Below, in pieces: positions 29,691 to 44,700 of a stretch of 64,000 bases of DNA. The notes beneath the pieces are model-generated. The model was not told the origin of the DNA. It did no database searches and was given only the letters and a program-made list of their open reading frames with translations. The stretch covers positions 15,810,001-15,874,000 of the forward strand of contig NC_045138.2 of the NCBI RefSeq assembly GCF_008831285.2. The letters run 5' to 3'. Within the stretch, counting starts at the first letter, position 1. Each line of letters starts with the position of its first letter. The translations under genes and the position numbers were made by a program. This stretch comes from Nymphaea colorata. Lineage: Eukaryota.

Positions 29691-31371
29691 ACATTGCTTT
29701 CCAAATCCGACCACCCTCGCCTCCTTTCTCATGTTCCTCAAAAGATTCTTATTTAGAGCCATTTGTGCTTGTATACATGTGTATAATATCATGGAAAATA
29801 TTCAATTCCCATGTTTCCGAAGAGTTTCTAATTTAGAGCAATTTGTGCGACTTTATGTACTGTATGTGTGCAGTCTCACCCATATAGGTCTTTCTTTCGA
29901 TCAAGTGACCCATGTTGTATTATGCAAATATAAAATGCCATCATCGGCCACACTCTGTTTTTTTCTAAATATTGGACACATTGACAAGCTCATTGTGTAA
30001 TTATTGTGCATGTTGTATTGTATATTCAAGTATCAATAAAATTTTAACACCCAAAAACCAGGTTTTGCCTTCAAAACCAAGTTTTTCAAGTGTTTGAGCG
30101 ACATCAAAACTGGGTTTGAGAAATCTCAAACTCTTTTTTGACACTGCAAAAATCTGGTTTTAAAGGCAAAACAAGATTTCTCAAGTTAGAGGTGTCGTCT
30201 AAACACCCCCTTAGTTTTGACAAAACTTGGTTATGTAAAAGAAAACGAAAACCTACTCCCCTCAAGTTATTCATGAACCAAATGATCCAAAATTTCAAAA
30301 TTCATTAAAACTAAGTTTTTACAAAATTAGATTAGATGAGAGCATCATCCAAACTCCCTCTTAAGATAAATAAAGATTTTGGGTGTGAGGTATACTTTTA
30401 CTTTTCAAGTGCACCTAATTTAAGACACCTATAATCTTTGCCTCTACACACACCAAATTTTGCAGAACGCTATCTTCAACAATTATCAGGTATCTTGCAC
30501 CCTCTTTGTCAACAGGACGCCACCTTCACCAAAAAATAAGGCATATAGTATAGAACTCACTCTTATTTAAGGTTGTTCACGCCGATTACCATACCAAATT
30601 CTTCACTTCCTCACTCGATTGAGTTATCATATTGCAAATATGTTTATAAAGATTGTACTCTCTCTCTCATCTCCCTTTTGAATAGGACTACAAAGAATCT
30701 TACTTTTGAATGCTTCTGTTGCATATGGTCGTTGGCTTCCATGAATAGTTTGATGATAGATAATAATCTTACAGAGAGTTGACCTTCCATTACTTGGCAT
30801 CAAGTTTTCTATAGATACCTGCTTTTTGTGGTCTGTAGTTTTTAGTGAGGACGAAGAACTGTGTTCTTTATGCCATTCTGCAGGAACCGAATCTTCTTCG
30901 AAATAGCATATTCTTCAAAGTACCCCTGAACCGTCTCACTGGAAAATCTGAAAGACTGCTGTTAACAGAAATATAAAAAGAACACGAAGAAGAAGGCTCT
31001 CATTATTAAGGCCCAGGAAGATCAATGGCAGAATCTCAATTTATGTACTCATCTGCGGCAATCCAAACCTCCAGTTACTTCGGTGCAGAAGGACCTTTCC
31101 AATGGCGAAAGAGAAAAAAATAAACACAAAAAACAGATGGAAATTTCTATATTGTTCTGCTCTCAACATTTAAAAATATAAAAATAGCGAAGAAATCCTC
31201 AGGTACAAGTTCTTTTCCCGACTCCTAGAAGAACAAAAAAGCGGGACCCAGCTCTCGAAAGTACGTCGTACCACTGTCCAACCTTTTCAAAGAAAAAAGA
31301 GGAAAACAGTAGAGACAGAGATTCAAGCCCTTGATCTATGGAAGGTTTTTCTTATTTATCTATTTATTTAT

Positions 31372-32193
31372 CTACATAGGCGCTCGCTTTTCACCTTCAT
31401 CGCCGCCACCATCGTCTTCCTCTTGTAGTTGTGCTTGTTGGGCACCACCCATTTCCGGGTCGTCGCCATCATCATTCGTTTCTTCTTCTTCTTCCACTGC
31501 GTCTGTTTCAAGGTCGTCATCTCTCTGAATGAAACGAAGCTTCAGGCGACCGTCTTCACGGCTAGCATGCAGAAACTCTTGGTTGGGCATTCTGATTTCT
31601 CTGAGAACAAACCTTCCGTCTTCTCTATAAGATCTAAAGGAGACCCACGGCTGCCCGTTCCTTCCTATGCTGGAAATGGGCGGAGGAAACCCTTCGTACT
31701 TACTCCTCCGATTGATATCCTTCATCCTCTGCCCGTTTCCCGATTGATTCCCCAATGGCTCTGACGAACCCTCCGCCGAACTATGCGGCGATTCATCCAC
31801 ATCCCCGCCGCTCTCGGACCCCAGCCCCTCCGTACACATCTGCAGATTTTTCGTGTTCTTCAGGAAAGACTCCCCAGTCTTGGGCACCACGTCACGAGCT
31901 TCGTCATCAACAAGCGCGACGCTGGACGCCTGAGAAGAATCGTCATCAGAAGAAAAGTACGCCGTCGTAGAAGACGACGACGATGGTGCTCCGTCATCGA
32001 GGACGACCGATTGAGGGGAGTCCTCCAAAGGATTGTTTTCTTTGAAATGAAGCTCGCCGAAGATCTCCGTGAAGCTGGCGAGGTCGACGGGGTTGATCGT
32101 CTTCATCCGTCTGAGAGCAGTCAGGGCATCGAGAAGGCTCTTCTCCTGCGTGGGGCTGTCAAAGTAATGGCGCAAAGCCTCGAGCGTCGCCAT
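31372..32193 (-). CDS. FANTASTIC FOUR (FAF) domain protein, intronless, 273 aa from the ATG at 32193
   Basis: Motif LQMCTEGLGSESG and FAF domain FPPPISSIGRNGQPWVSFRSYREDGRFVLREIRMPNQEFLHASREDGRLKLRF, with an acidic C-terminus. The ORF-track start at 32217 is not an ATG. Confidence 0.92.
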   Translation of the reverse strand: MATLEALRHYFDSPTQEKSLLDALTALRRMKTINPVDLASFTEIFGELHFKENNPLEDSPQSVVLDDGAPSSSSSTTAYFSSDDDSSQASSVALVDDEARDVVPKTGESFLKNTKNLQMCTEGLGSESGGDVDESPHSSAEGSSEPLGNQSGNGQRMKDINRRSKYEGFPPPISSIGRNGQPWVSFRSYREDGRFVLREIRMPNQEFLHASREDGRLKLRFIQRDDDLETDAVEEEEETNDDGDDPEMGGAQQAQLQEEDDGGGDEGEKRAPM

Positions 32194-35100
32194 TTTCTTG
32201 GAAGCCCTTCTCCACAATCCCGATCAAAAGAATAGTGATAATGTCGGTACAGAACAAAGACAAAAACTAAAAAGATTGCAAACAAACAAGAACGAAGAAC
32301 AAGAACAAGAAGAAGGTAATTTAATGTCGGAGGAGAGACAAAGAGGGGGAAAGAAAAGGAAAAATGATGATGGTAGTGGAAAGAAGGCGGTGGCAAGCGT
32401 TTCCCGGGGAATTCATCGCGAGAGAAGGAGTCTTTTCTGCGTGGGGAGGAGAGGGAAACCATGGAGGAGGATATATCTCGTGAACGATGCCAAAATAAAC
32501 TGCCTGCTTTTTTGAGTGGTGCCCCTTTTCGGGCGTCATCTCTGATTCAATTGTGAGGCTTTTTCTCTTGGGGGAACCCTGATTTATTGGGATGTGAGGG
32601 TTGAAATTTCTGGAGCCTCTCTCTCATCATCTGCTCTCTTCTTCTTCCACGTACTCTGTATCCGCGTGAACAGATTGGATGTGGGGCTGGCACAGATCAG
32701 CCGAGCTGCTCCTAATTTCGACTTGGCTCGGCTCCCCAAGATCCTCGATCGCCGCGGTTCATCCTGAATTTTCGCTCTCCCTGTTTCCGGCATCTGGATA
32801 TGGATAACTGATCATGCTTGGCTTATGCAGATTCTTCAATATGTTCAGGACTCAGTATGCTTTGTATAAACTGATTTTTATTTTCTTGTTCGTTATATAC
32901 AGACATGCATTCATTTTGTAAGAATCAAAACCTGTTTTGCTAGTTGGTGATGAATATGTATATGTTTAATATGTTTCAATGGATTGTTTATGTCCTCTTT
33001 TGTGCAGTTGATGTGATTTAGTAGAAAACACGCATTAAGACAACCACTTTTTAGGTTTTCTATATGTTACTTTGATAATTAACAGCTCATGGAACACTAA
33101 ACTTTGGCAACAGAAAAATCATTTTCTTTATGTGAATAAGATCTTGTACTAAATTAGTAATCACAAACATGTTTCCGAGTTAATCTTTTATTCGAAATGC
33201 TTTCAACAAAAAAAAATAAGTGGTTTGTTTTTTCTATCTATCTTTTTTTATATATATATAACCTTTTGAGTTTCATCCAAACACACTACTTAGTGCATTG
33301 CATGGGATGGACCTAATTAAATACACCGCCCAATACAATCCATCGGATGGTTTGCTACGAGAATCAGAAGATTTCTCTCTGGCCTTTAAAAACTTCAACT
33401 GAATGAGTGAAATTGTTGCCATCAATTTTGAGGACATCGATGAGTGAGCTTTTTCTAATTTTATGGCCGTCATGGGATGATGAGTTGTCATTGAATGCCG
33501 CCCTTAGGATCCAGATCCAACTAACTGATTATGGGTATTGCTTTTGGAAGCTTTTTAGATCCCGATCTACTGCGTCTTGGTTGTGTTTCTATTTTTGTTT
33601 TTTATTTCTTGAAGTTTTTCTACTCCCTATATGGGCAGAATAAATCTCTAGCTCCATTTATTTTAGCAAGACTTACTTGAACTTATCAGCCCAATTGGAA
33701 TAATCATCCCAAAATGATCTGTAATGATCGACAGATTGATAAGCAATGAAAAAAAAAATTGGGAAAGACTTATGCCCAAGAATCTTGAGTGCCAGGCATT
33801 CTTCAGCAGCAGAAAATGTGTAGTTGTTTGAAAGTCTGATTTTTGTTATATTGGTTCCATTCTATCAGCCATATTAGCATACTTCTAATCTTAAAATGAA
33901 GAATTAATGACTTTTTCTTCACTTATTTCAAATAAGTTTCAGAAGTTAATAGAAGCTGTTTTTCATTTACGAAATGACACAAGTACTCTGTATTTTTTCT
34001 TTTTTCAGTAGGCAAATTGTTTAAGGGAGACAAACAGTTGTGAGATTATACCAGTTTTTAAGAATGACTCGATTATAGTAGATCCAGGAAAAAGATTACC
34101 AACTTCTCCTTGCTTAAGCCAATACATGCTAGGGCTTGACAGCAGGGTAAAGTTTTGAGGATAAAGGCCGAGTGAACGGCAAGTTAACAACCCATTGCTC
34201 GAAAAAGAGACCTGAAGGCCCCTTCCGAAAATTCTTCCTGCTTCCGAATACCTCCCATGTTACTTTCTAAAATAATTGAAAAGGAAAATGTTGAAATTTC
34301 ATAGATTATATATAAAAAAAAAACTATGAAATAGAGATGATTAACAAAGTTGGGCTACAAGCTGTCACTAAGTACAAAACCAAATTATATAAAGAAAAAA
34401 GACAAGCAAATTTCACTTTTTGCTTGCAGGGCTTTAGTTGGAAAAACCCTAACTTTCCCTGTTGGCCACGGAATTACGTGCAGACGGGGCCAATGAGGGA
34501 CAAGGTGGTGATATCTCTGCATGCTTTCGGCTCGCGGAAAATGCGAGTTCTAAAATGAGCTTCATAACATTAGAATGATGCTAAGCAAAGGTCCACTAGT
34601 TGGGACCCTTCAAGTAATGTGGTAGGGCCTGCTGACTTGTTATACCACTAAATCCATGCAAACAAGAGAGTGGGATGGAGAGAAGGTTGGTCCCATATTG
34701 AAAAGTTCATGGAAAGGGAAAGTTTTGGGGCAATGCAGATGGTCTGGGTCTCTTGAGAGGTCACTCTCATGCACAAACAAGAATATTCTTGCTGGGTACA
34801 ACCACAGTTTTGAGCATTTTTATTGCTTGTGTGGTGTCTCTTCTCTCTCCCTTTGCAGCAGCGGAGCCAGAAAACTAAACTGTGTTTGCGAGCACAGGCG
34901 CTCCATCTAAGCAAAAGCGAAGATTAGTGATTGTAAATCAAGGTAAAAGTTTCTGTTTCCATGAGTGGCATAATCTAATATATCGGTCTCGTCTTGTAGG
35001 AGACATTAAATCCAAATTTCGGGTTTAGATTAAGCAAATGAATAGTTAATTCAATTAAATACATATATGAAATGAATAGTAATATGCATTGACCGATTAG

Positions 35101-37396
35101 AGCCCGAGCTCGGTCTGGTTCTGTGACAGGCCAAACTTGGTCAAACCCCCGGCGATGCCCAGCCCTACCCATATGACGTGGCTTAGCCACCGTGGGTCCC
35201 ACCTCCGCATCGTATTATGTGTCTTTTCTTTTTGTGTGTTTGCTCCATGACAGCAGAGGTCCAGGCGGATGAGTGGTAGATGGGCTGGAAGGAATCAAGT
35301 ATATAGAGAAGAAGGATGAAGAGGTCCTACCATTATAGATGTAAGGTGGTGGCTTCAGCCTCATTCAGTCATTCTGAACCACCAAAATCTTTGAACATGG
35401 GAAGGATGCATTGGTTGGTTGACTCCTCAAAGTGGGGCTTTGGATCTACTTCACTTTCTTTTTCCAATTTTAGTTTTCACATTGAAAGAATCCACAATCG
35501 TTTTTACCGATACATTCTTCACCAACGATGATATCATGAAACATCAGTCAAATCATTATCAATGAGATTTTGTTACATTTTTCTGACCATTCATAATAAT
35601 CAGATTTTTCTTTTTTGTAGTGTATCCTTAATAAATAAGCAAGTTAAAAATCAACTTTTGTCATAAAAGTACAAATAATTGATAGTGCCAACTTGGACGG
35701 AGAATCTTTGGCATAAAATCTCTGGTCCTTTCTTCCCCAGCAGTACACACCACCGTCTTCTTCTGACCTCATAAAAGAACCCCCACAGACTCCAAGCTCA
35801 CGATGCTCCCCGTCAATCAACTTGGAACATTAATGGCCTCGATCTCGGTAAACGGAGGACTGTCCATGGAGGATTTTCTCTAGCTTCCTCACCGCAGCTA
35901 TCTCTTCTGCTAATTTCTTAGATGGAAATATTTCAACCAGAGGAATGATTTTCTCTCTGCCTTATCAAAAAATGAGCCCATGGTTGTTGATTTTTCTCTT
36001 ATGAAATGTAGTTTTTCTTTATTTAATTATCGAACATGGAGACGTTCCATAAAAGTTGGAACGTCAAATATATGCTCCTCGGGACCTCGAGTTAACCTCT
36101 AGTTTTATGTCAGATAATTCCAATTATAAGCTACTATTTCGTTGATAAGATCAAGTAAGATAATCTCAAATTGCCGGATTCCGTCCACCGGGACGAATCC
36201 AGCCACTGGAGATAGCATACGCATCCGGAACAATGTGTTTGAGGGAGAAAAGGATGCCGGAAACCAGGAGAAATTCAAACAGGTCCGTCCTGATTCTGTA
36301 CCTCTTTCTTCCTCCCTCTTATGTATCACTTGCTGCTCTTCACATCTTTTCTTAACTAAGAGTCAATAACTTGTACAAGAAAGTTCATGGGAGGGATACT
36401 GCCGCTCACTTGTCGTGAATGGATCTGGATCCTGCCTATCATGAGTTGATTTGGATGTAAAATCCAGCAAAACCAAACGTAAAATTGCAACGGAAAGAGA
36501 AAGAGTCTAGTGTTAGGCCACCATATGTTTATATTATCAATTCAACTTTTCTATATAATTCAACTGCAACAACTTTTCATCTAAGTTTTCATCATAACAC
36601 CTAGAAAAAGTCCTTCAGGGAGTTAACACAATGGTCGGGAAGAGAGCAGCAGCTAGCATTCATTTCAAATTTCTAACGCATCGACTCAAAATGGGAGTCG
36701 CTAACATGCAAGTTGAAGTTTAGCAAGGACGGCACCACTAGACATAGAAAACATGCCATGTACCGTAAAAAAAAATAAGAGATTAGGTGGTAGCTTTAAG
36801 CAGTAGGATGAAATACTGCTCTTGTTCACCGAAAAGTAACACCAAGAAAATTTAGCACAATCAAATGAGTGGTCCATTTATGGAGAGACATTCATGAACT
36901 GAAGTGCATTTATTTTATATGAACTCTGAGAATTGGGCATTCCACAAAAAATATGCCCAACTTTGGGGATAGTATGACAAAGATGAAATTAAAAAGGATT
37001 TTATTTTGTTTAACTGCATTTATAGGTGAAATTTAGCAAGTTAAATTTAACATATTCAGACCAGTTGTTTTTTGTTAGCCTTTCAAAAGTTGAGCATGTT
37101 TTCATTAAATCTGCTTTGAAGATTTGAGCGTTCTATGTTTTTTCCTGGTTAGCTTGAAAACAACTAAGGATCGGAGATTCCATCGTTGAGAAGCCTGAAG
37201 TGAATCGAAAGCGGGTAAGTGAAATTGTAGAATTGAAAGCAGATTTCTTGGGAATTTTGGTTGTGAGGGTGCAAATATTTCAGGAAGTACCAACCAGAAG
37301 CAGTGGTGGAACATACCATAGGTTTGAACTTTGAAGGGCATTTTATATATAAATCAACGTCACTAATATCTTTCTCAAGTTTTTATCGACGAGATT

Positions 37397-37765
37397 TTTC
37401 TATGGTATTTTTCGGTAAAGTTGTTTTTTGCAAGAAAAGATAAGGAAAATCTAAGAGTTTTTTAAAAAATTTAAAAACCATAATCAGTAGGTAAAAATAC
37501 AATAAATGAAAAGGCTAGTAAGTATTATATTGCGTTTAAGAGGTCACGTTTCTAAAACACGAGAAAATAAAACAATGAAACAAAAAATGAAAAAAAAAAG
37601 TAAAAAGCAGAAAATGAAATAAAAAATAAATGAAAAAATCTCGATAAATTGATTTTTAACCATTTTCAAAATATCGTTATATTTTCCCTCTTTTCATTTT
37701 TCTCATTAATATTAAGAAATTTTTTGAAAATATAACGATAATTATGACTGTGATATACATACGGA
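37397..37765. mobile_element. AT-rich dispersed repeat/MITE-like element (second copy ~41555-41915 in the RopGAP intron; weaker copy ~51385-51650)
   Basis: Shared blocks AAAGTTGTT.TTTGC, TAGGTAAAAATACAA, AAGTATT.TATTG..TTTAAGAG.TCA, GAAATAAAACAATGAAACA and CGATAAATT. Boundaries approximate. Confidence 0.7.
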
Positions 37766-38737
37766 AAAATTTTACGGTCAACCAATGTAAATAAGGACAT
37801 TTTATTGGACTGTGTGGGCAACTGCCCATACGTGCCCACATGTAACCCCTGTCCAGAAGGATTACGGTGAGGGTTGGGATTTGATAGACCTGGCACTCGG
37901 GTCACTTTTGGAACAAATTGTCACAATATCATAATATCAATCGTCATATTGGCTATTTCTATATGCATATTCTTATTTTTTACCAAGAAGAACAATAGTA
38001 TAAGAAAGACAATTGGAAAAGCAAGTTACGCAACTGAAATGTGATGTGAAGATACATATATAAACAGAAAATACTGTATCAAAATTGGTCTAAAACTGAC
38101 AAAGTGCTCAGTCTGCTTGATTTCAACTTGCCCCATTGCACGGGATTTTTGGGTACAGATTGAAGCCGGTTGCAGGATTTGAGATTCTTTATTAACCGTT
38201 CTTTGATACCTTGAGTCCAAGTTTAAAAATCCATAAATATAAACAAACATCAATTGAGATTCAAGCCACCTTGACTTGCGATCCTTCCAACGAGAGCCAC
38301 CTTCAAGACTGGTCTATGCAATGTTGGGGCCCTTTCGAGCTTTATGAATGTTGGTTGACTTATGCTACCTTCCAATCAGAGTTGATATCCGACCTGATGG
38401 ATATTTCTTGTCCTCACAGTTACTCCCAATCTTGATCAAGATTGAAATACTATATAAGAAAACACAGAAAATACAATGGTGGAAAAGCAACAGGAAGATG
38501 TTTAATGAATCAGCAGACTTACATGATAAAGAGGCATACTTCTGGTTAAGTATTGTACAACTTTGTAGTTTCAGAAAAATAAAAAAAGAAAGAAAAAGAA
38601 GATGGAAAGACCAAACTCACAATCACATCACCATATAAAACGTGAACACCACCGACCTAGAAAAGACAGTTCCAGAACCAAAGAACCAGCACCAACAAAC
38701 CCAAGTTAGGCAGAGTAGTTAGTCATCAACAACTACT

Positions 38738-41700
38738 TTATCTCCATGCTTCAACTCGTGCCAAACTTGAACTTATATGGCTCACGATGCTCATTCCTCT
38801 CGACTTCTCAGCTGGTACTGTTGCTTGGTCTGTATTCTGTACGTTTGTTTTCTTTGCAACCTTCTTTGCATTTGAATTGTTCTTATTTCCATGGCTATCT
38901 TTAGTGCTGGTTTTTGAACTAGTTGCAGCAACTTTTGGTCCATCAGATAGACGTGTGGACTGAGAAGGCTCCTCTGATGGGCTTTCTGTGGCAGTAGGCT
39001 TACTACAGCAATCAGTACTAGATTTGTCTTCATGAGGTTCACTGCCGTCACCTACATCATCAATCAAAGATTGATTATTGGGATCAGTTGTTGGAAATAT
39101 ATGCTCTTGCTGTTCTTGCTCCTCTTTGGTGCTTATGCTTAGACAGCACTGTGATGAAGTATGCTTATCATTTTCATCAGAGGGATCCGATTGAGAAGAT
39201 GGTGCTGCTTGAAGAACAGAATCCTGCCTTTCTCTTAGTGTCTTCAAGATCAACGTCTTCAAGAAATTCATGACTTGAACTGCATACATCAATGCACTTA
39301 AGGGATCTGCCATCTGAAAATGGGAATCGTTGATGGACAATTTCAAATCAGGTAGCTACAAAAATAAGGAGTCACTGAGAAAGTTGCAAATCAGGAAGGT
39401 AAACAATTAAGAACCAAAGGAAGAAAATTTTACATCAGGTAGTCACAGAGATAAGTAGCAGCCATTAACAAAATTGTAAAACAGGTAGCTAAGAAGATAA
39501 GAAAGGAAACGTCGAATCAGATAACCACCTGTGTCATGTTTGGTGCAAACACCATAGCAACATTGCGAGCATTCATCTTGTTTATGTGCTCCTCTTGAAC
39601 AACATCAGCCATCAAATTAATAGCCCAATCCAGAAGAGCTGCTTCTGTTGATGGCAAAAGCCTGACAAGTTGGAGGCAGTCCTCCTCTGTGTTTGCTTGC
39701 ATTACCTGCTCAGGAGTAAGAGAATCTAGCACCCCTTTTGGGAGTTCTCTGAACCAGGCCTGGACAAATCCCCGGAAAGAATGAGAACCCAGAATCCGCA
39801 GCTCATGGATGACATAATATTATGATAATCTCTAATTGAAAGATGATTGGAGATAAAAAGGTGCAAGAAAACAATGAATTAATTGTAGCTCTTCTAGACA
39901 CATGATATTCCACCGCATCCAAAAAAGTAAGATAGCTTCATCGCACAAAATGCTTTAGAAAAAAACATGCAGATCCAACTGCTCGGGTGTTAGAAAAGAA
40001 TTTTGAATATTAAAAACTATGGACAATAACTATAACATTCCAGTTCAACTGTTAATGTCAAGATGGTTAGACATATATTAACCAAAGAACATGGAATGTA
40101 AACATCTGTCTTTGCTCCTTGGAGTATCTTTTACATTCTCGTCTTTCATCAGATATACGCTAAGTGGCATTAAAATAATTCGTTGACTGGAAAGGCAAAT
40201 AGAAGTCATTAAGAACTACTAGCAATGGGGACAAGGCAAGAATTTGTATTGCCAACTCATCTTACCCTGACAACATTTAATCCCACCCTACTTCCTCATG
40301 GTAAAAATTCCTTTCAAAGTTGATGTTTCACAGTCTTTCCAGAAAATCACGGGATTTACAGAATGTTAGTACCACTCACTTCAGCACAATATTAAAGAAA
40401 AGAACTATCAGTTAACAGCAGATCAAAATAAGCACACTAATTCATGCCTTGCATGAGTAACAATTTCATAACCAGAAGCAAGGAGTGATAAGCCACATTT
40501 AATGCAGAATCCATAAATTATTTTAGTACTAGACATTAATAGAGTATGATCAGGACTAAGGTAAATAACATTTTGCCTTCTCTAATTTTGATTTTATGTT
40601 TTAGTTACAAATAATCATATACCTGTGGAGATGAAGAATGAAAGTGACATGATTTCATCTTATGGTATAAAAATAGTCTTCCTGAGTTATAAATAGTCAT
40701 ATGTACCTGTGGGCATGAAGCGTGGGACGTGACATGATTTCATCTTATGGTATAAAAATATTCTAGTTATAAGAAGACAATATTTAAAATGTTTGACTCT
40801 TTAATGTCCTTTTATGTCCATTCCCTAAAATTAATTCTTAAAAACCTTCAGAGATAAAAAGGAGTATCCTTTCAGAAATAACACAATAAGCAGTTCATAT
40901 TCCAGGCACCCAACTAAAAATGGAAAATTCAGTTTCCTTCTTAGGAATTGCTATTTTGGAAAACAGAACATATGCTGAAAAAAAAAAAAAAACTGATTGT
41001 TAAAAAGTAAGGAAAGGATGGTTCACATGCTCCTGTTGTCCTGCTTTCCATAATAAAAGAATTGAGCTCCTGTAAATACATACAACTCCAGCACCAGTAT
41101 ATAATTCACGACTTAGCGTTTTTAACAATCAAGTCACATTCTTAATCAGAACACATACACAGAGAAATGCTTATTCACTGATCATTCACTTAGAGAAGTA
41201 ATCCTTGTAAGAAGCAGACTGCAAACATCAAAAATAGGCTAGCCACAAGAAAGTCATCAATAATGGCTCTCAGTTCTTAAGCAATTAAACTATTGGTTCC
41301 TCATAAGAGACACCAAGGGCAAATGCTCGAGGATAGGCTACAAGAAAGCATATTTCTTCCATTCATGCTGCTGGAAGAATGAAACTGCATTCATTTCACT
41401 AAAACTTGATTGAATGTCCAAAGACGGACTTATTTGGTGGATTTGACATCCATTCATACAGGAATGTATAAAACCAAAAGTTGGTTCAAACATAATATTG
41501 GGGAGTATGTTTAGTTCATAGCCACAAACATCGTTCTCCGGGTTTTATCGGCATGGTTTTCCTCGGGTATTTATTGGCAAAGTTGTTCTTTGCGGAAAAA
41601 TCATGGGAAATCTCCAAGTTTCTTTAAAAAGTAAAACAATCAAAATGTTAGGTAAAAATACAAGAAATGGAAAACTAATAAGTATTGTATTGTATTTAAG

Positions 41701-44700
41701 AGATCAAGTTAAATACAAACAAGAGGAAATAAAACAATGAAACACAAGTTGAGAAAAATAAAAACAGAAAATGAAAAAAAATAAATGAAAAAACAAACAA
41801 AAAATCACGATAAATTCATTTTAACGTTTTCCCAATAATATCGATATATTTTCCTGTTTTTATCGTTTTCTTTGTTTTTCTCACTAATATATTTTCAAAA
41901 ATATCATGATTTTAGTTTACAAGAATCGTAAAAATGACATTAAATATCTTCAATTCCCGTTATTGCTTATTGTTTTGGATGAAGGATCTCTTGTCTGCAC
42001 ATTGAAAGGTGCAATATGCATGGCAATAAACATAGAGAGACAGGTATTCATCCACAGTCAATCTCCTTAAGCAGCACCCTTTTACATTATTATGCAGTTT
42101 AAAAAAAATCAATTTACCACAGAAAAGCCCCTTATTGATGCTCCCACTGGGTTAACCTGTTTTGATTAAGGGATGATGGACCACTTTAAACCTACGAGAA
42201 AGAAAAGTACATACTACAATAATACTGACTACAACTACAAAGTACAAACTAGCATAACCATCAAAATTTATAAAAGATTCAATTTAATTCTATAGACTGC
42301 TTTTAACAGTATTTTTTTTTCCCTGCAACTTAATGCAGTTAAAATAGCCAAAGAAAACAATGATTCCATAACATACATCCACACTATATGTTAAATGTCA
42401 CTGCAAGTGGCACAAAAGATTATACTAAAACAGCAAAAGAATTGCTTAACATTGTTAAGAAGACAAGAAAAATAATTGATTTCATGAAAAATAAAGTACA
42501 GCCAAGATTTCCGTCTGGAATGTCTTCCAAATAAAAGTAGTGGAAGGCATGACCTGCATTCACGAAACCTGCTATAGGATATTCCATATAAAGTTGAGGG
42601 CATAAGAAGCATTTATTGATGGATACTGTAAATTCTACCTTTATCAGTCCAGATAAACAATGGACATCAATGTTATCTGGGACAATGCCCTTGTTCAACT
42701 GGTCCCTAAGATATTCCTCTTGGCTGTTCTCCGCGTTGATCCTAAATATGCCCTCAGCCTACACATTGATCATGACAGGCAATAAATTGATTATTAATCT
42801 GAAAGATAAGGAAGGACGGTCATCAAAATAGGGAAGTGCATACTTGAAGTCCCCCTTGAGCATACAATTTTCTCTGCATCTGCAAGAGTATGGTTGGGAC
42901 ACTATTCCCTCTGGTGTCGTAGGAACACTGCATAGATTCTGTAGAGACCCCAAAGACACTTGCACTGCGCATCCACAAAAAGTGTATTAAAACCTTAGTA
43001 GGAGAAAAAAAAATGAAAAAGGACCATTTTTTGCTGCACAGGTTCAGACCAGTGAGTAGGTGATGATACAGCAGGTTGAAGTTCATGTCACCAATAACCA
43101 TCTAGGTGTTTTTACTCTTGCAGTTGAAAGAGTTGGCAGTACTTTCACAGCATTTACTATCAAACGTATGCAGAGCCAGAAGATCTTTAATTCAAAAGAA
43201 AAAACTCCTAGTTGCGGAAAAAACATTTTGCTTTCAAAAATGTTACCTAGCTTGTTTTAAGTCCAAAGACCAAAGGACATCTTTTACCAAAGACCAATAC
43301 GCTACCATACATGAAAACAAAACAGATGATATTAACCACAAGGATCAGTCATTTCTAACCTAAACTGCCCAAAGAGGCTGCTAAAGCAAAACTTGATTAA
43401 TTAGGGAAATACTGATTCATCATTTAACGATTTTACAGAATAATTCAGTGCAGAAACCAGGTAAATTTTTTTGTTTAAACCTACAGAAAAGACATGAATG
43501 CAGCAAATTGTGACCACGTGAAACATAATTAACAGTACTGAAACAGAACGAAGAGATCAGTGCAAAACCATTATTCCGCGCAGTCACCATGGTCTTGAAA
43601 TGCATTATATGGCCTTGGAGGCAACATCTGGGATGCATTATACTACAGTATTAAAGAATTGTGACGTGAGTTGCCAATAACTTCGATTTGATTTATCAAA
43701 AAGAATTGGCATGAGTATGTAAAAAATGAAATGAGTTATTAAAATTAAAGCCGAACATTTAATCAAGCAATTAATGTAACTGTTCATCTTGTATAAACTA
43801 TAAAGACACAAAAACAAAAGAATGGGTATGCTTTACGAAACTCACTAAACGAATTTAAAGCGATATACAGCCTGTAGTTTCATGCGAAAAACAGTATCAA
43901 ATTTTTTTCATCAATAAAGAGCATGTAAAGCCATTGATGCATGCCAAACTATGAGCCATGTTCCATTGTCATCATTTGTCAAATAGCAATAATCTTCCCG
44001 TCCAATGATCTTTCCATCCACATCTACAACAGAAATATCATTTACATATTTCATTATCAATTCAACAGTTCTAAACAGTATTCTGATTTCTTTCTATTTT
44101 AGCAAGAAAAGACCATAACTCGATTTCCGCTATTTATTATCCTCCGAAACTGCCACTCCAATTATTTTCCTCAAAAAAAATAAGGTAAAGAATACAGTTC
44201 GCCACGAGTTTGTACGTGAATGACGTGAGTTTTGTGAAGTACTTGAGAAACATTTGGAAGTCTAGCTGTGAAAAAATGCAGAGGTAGAAGGAACACAAAA
44301 GGGAAACCATTGAAGAACACACAAACCTGGCACTAGGGGCCCTTCTGGGCACGTCAGGCTCAAACTCATCAGGCAACCCCAAAAACCCATTGAACCTATC
44401 GAACGTGACATGGGCAACATGCCTCACATCCGTCGGCCACCCGATATCCATAGAGGAGACATCCTCCTTATCAGTGTTGCAAGGCACCATGGACTTCCTG
44501 AAAGCAGCCACCAACAGAGCCAACAAGGAGAGAGTATCCCCACCGTCTTCCTCCACCACCGCCTCTTCCGCCACCTCCTCAGCCACTCTCTCGTCCAAGT
44601 TCTGCCCGCCAACCAAGAAATTGGCCGGAGAACTCAAGTGGGTGTGATGGATCTGCCCCAAATCACCACCATTACCATTGTCTAATGGGTAGAAGGGTGA

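Noticed and set aside
31429..32235. Long plus-strand ORFs opposite FAF (and 54851-55228 opposite RALF)
   Set aside because: These are antisense shadows of GC-rich coding sequence with no recognisable domain.
32121..32462. ATG-initiated ORF overlapping the FAF start, a possible uORF
   Set aside because: A TATA-like element at ~32471 would put the transcription start downstream of this ATG, and the peptide is low-complexity.
36170..36290. HPEQ...QEKFKQ followed by GT, a DnaJ-like fragment
   Set aside because: Needs frameshifts, lacks the HPD motif and is too short to support.
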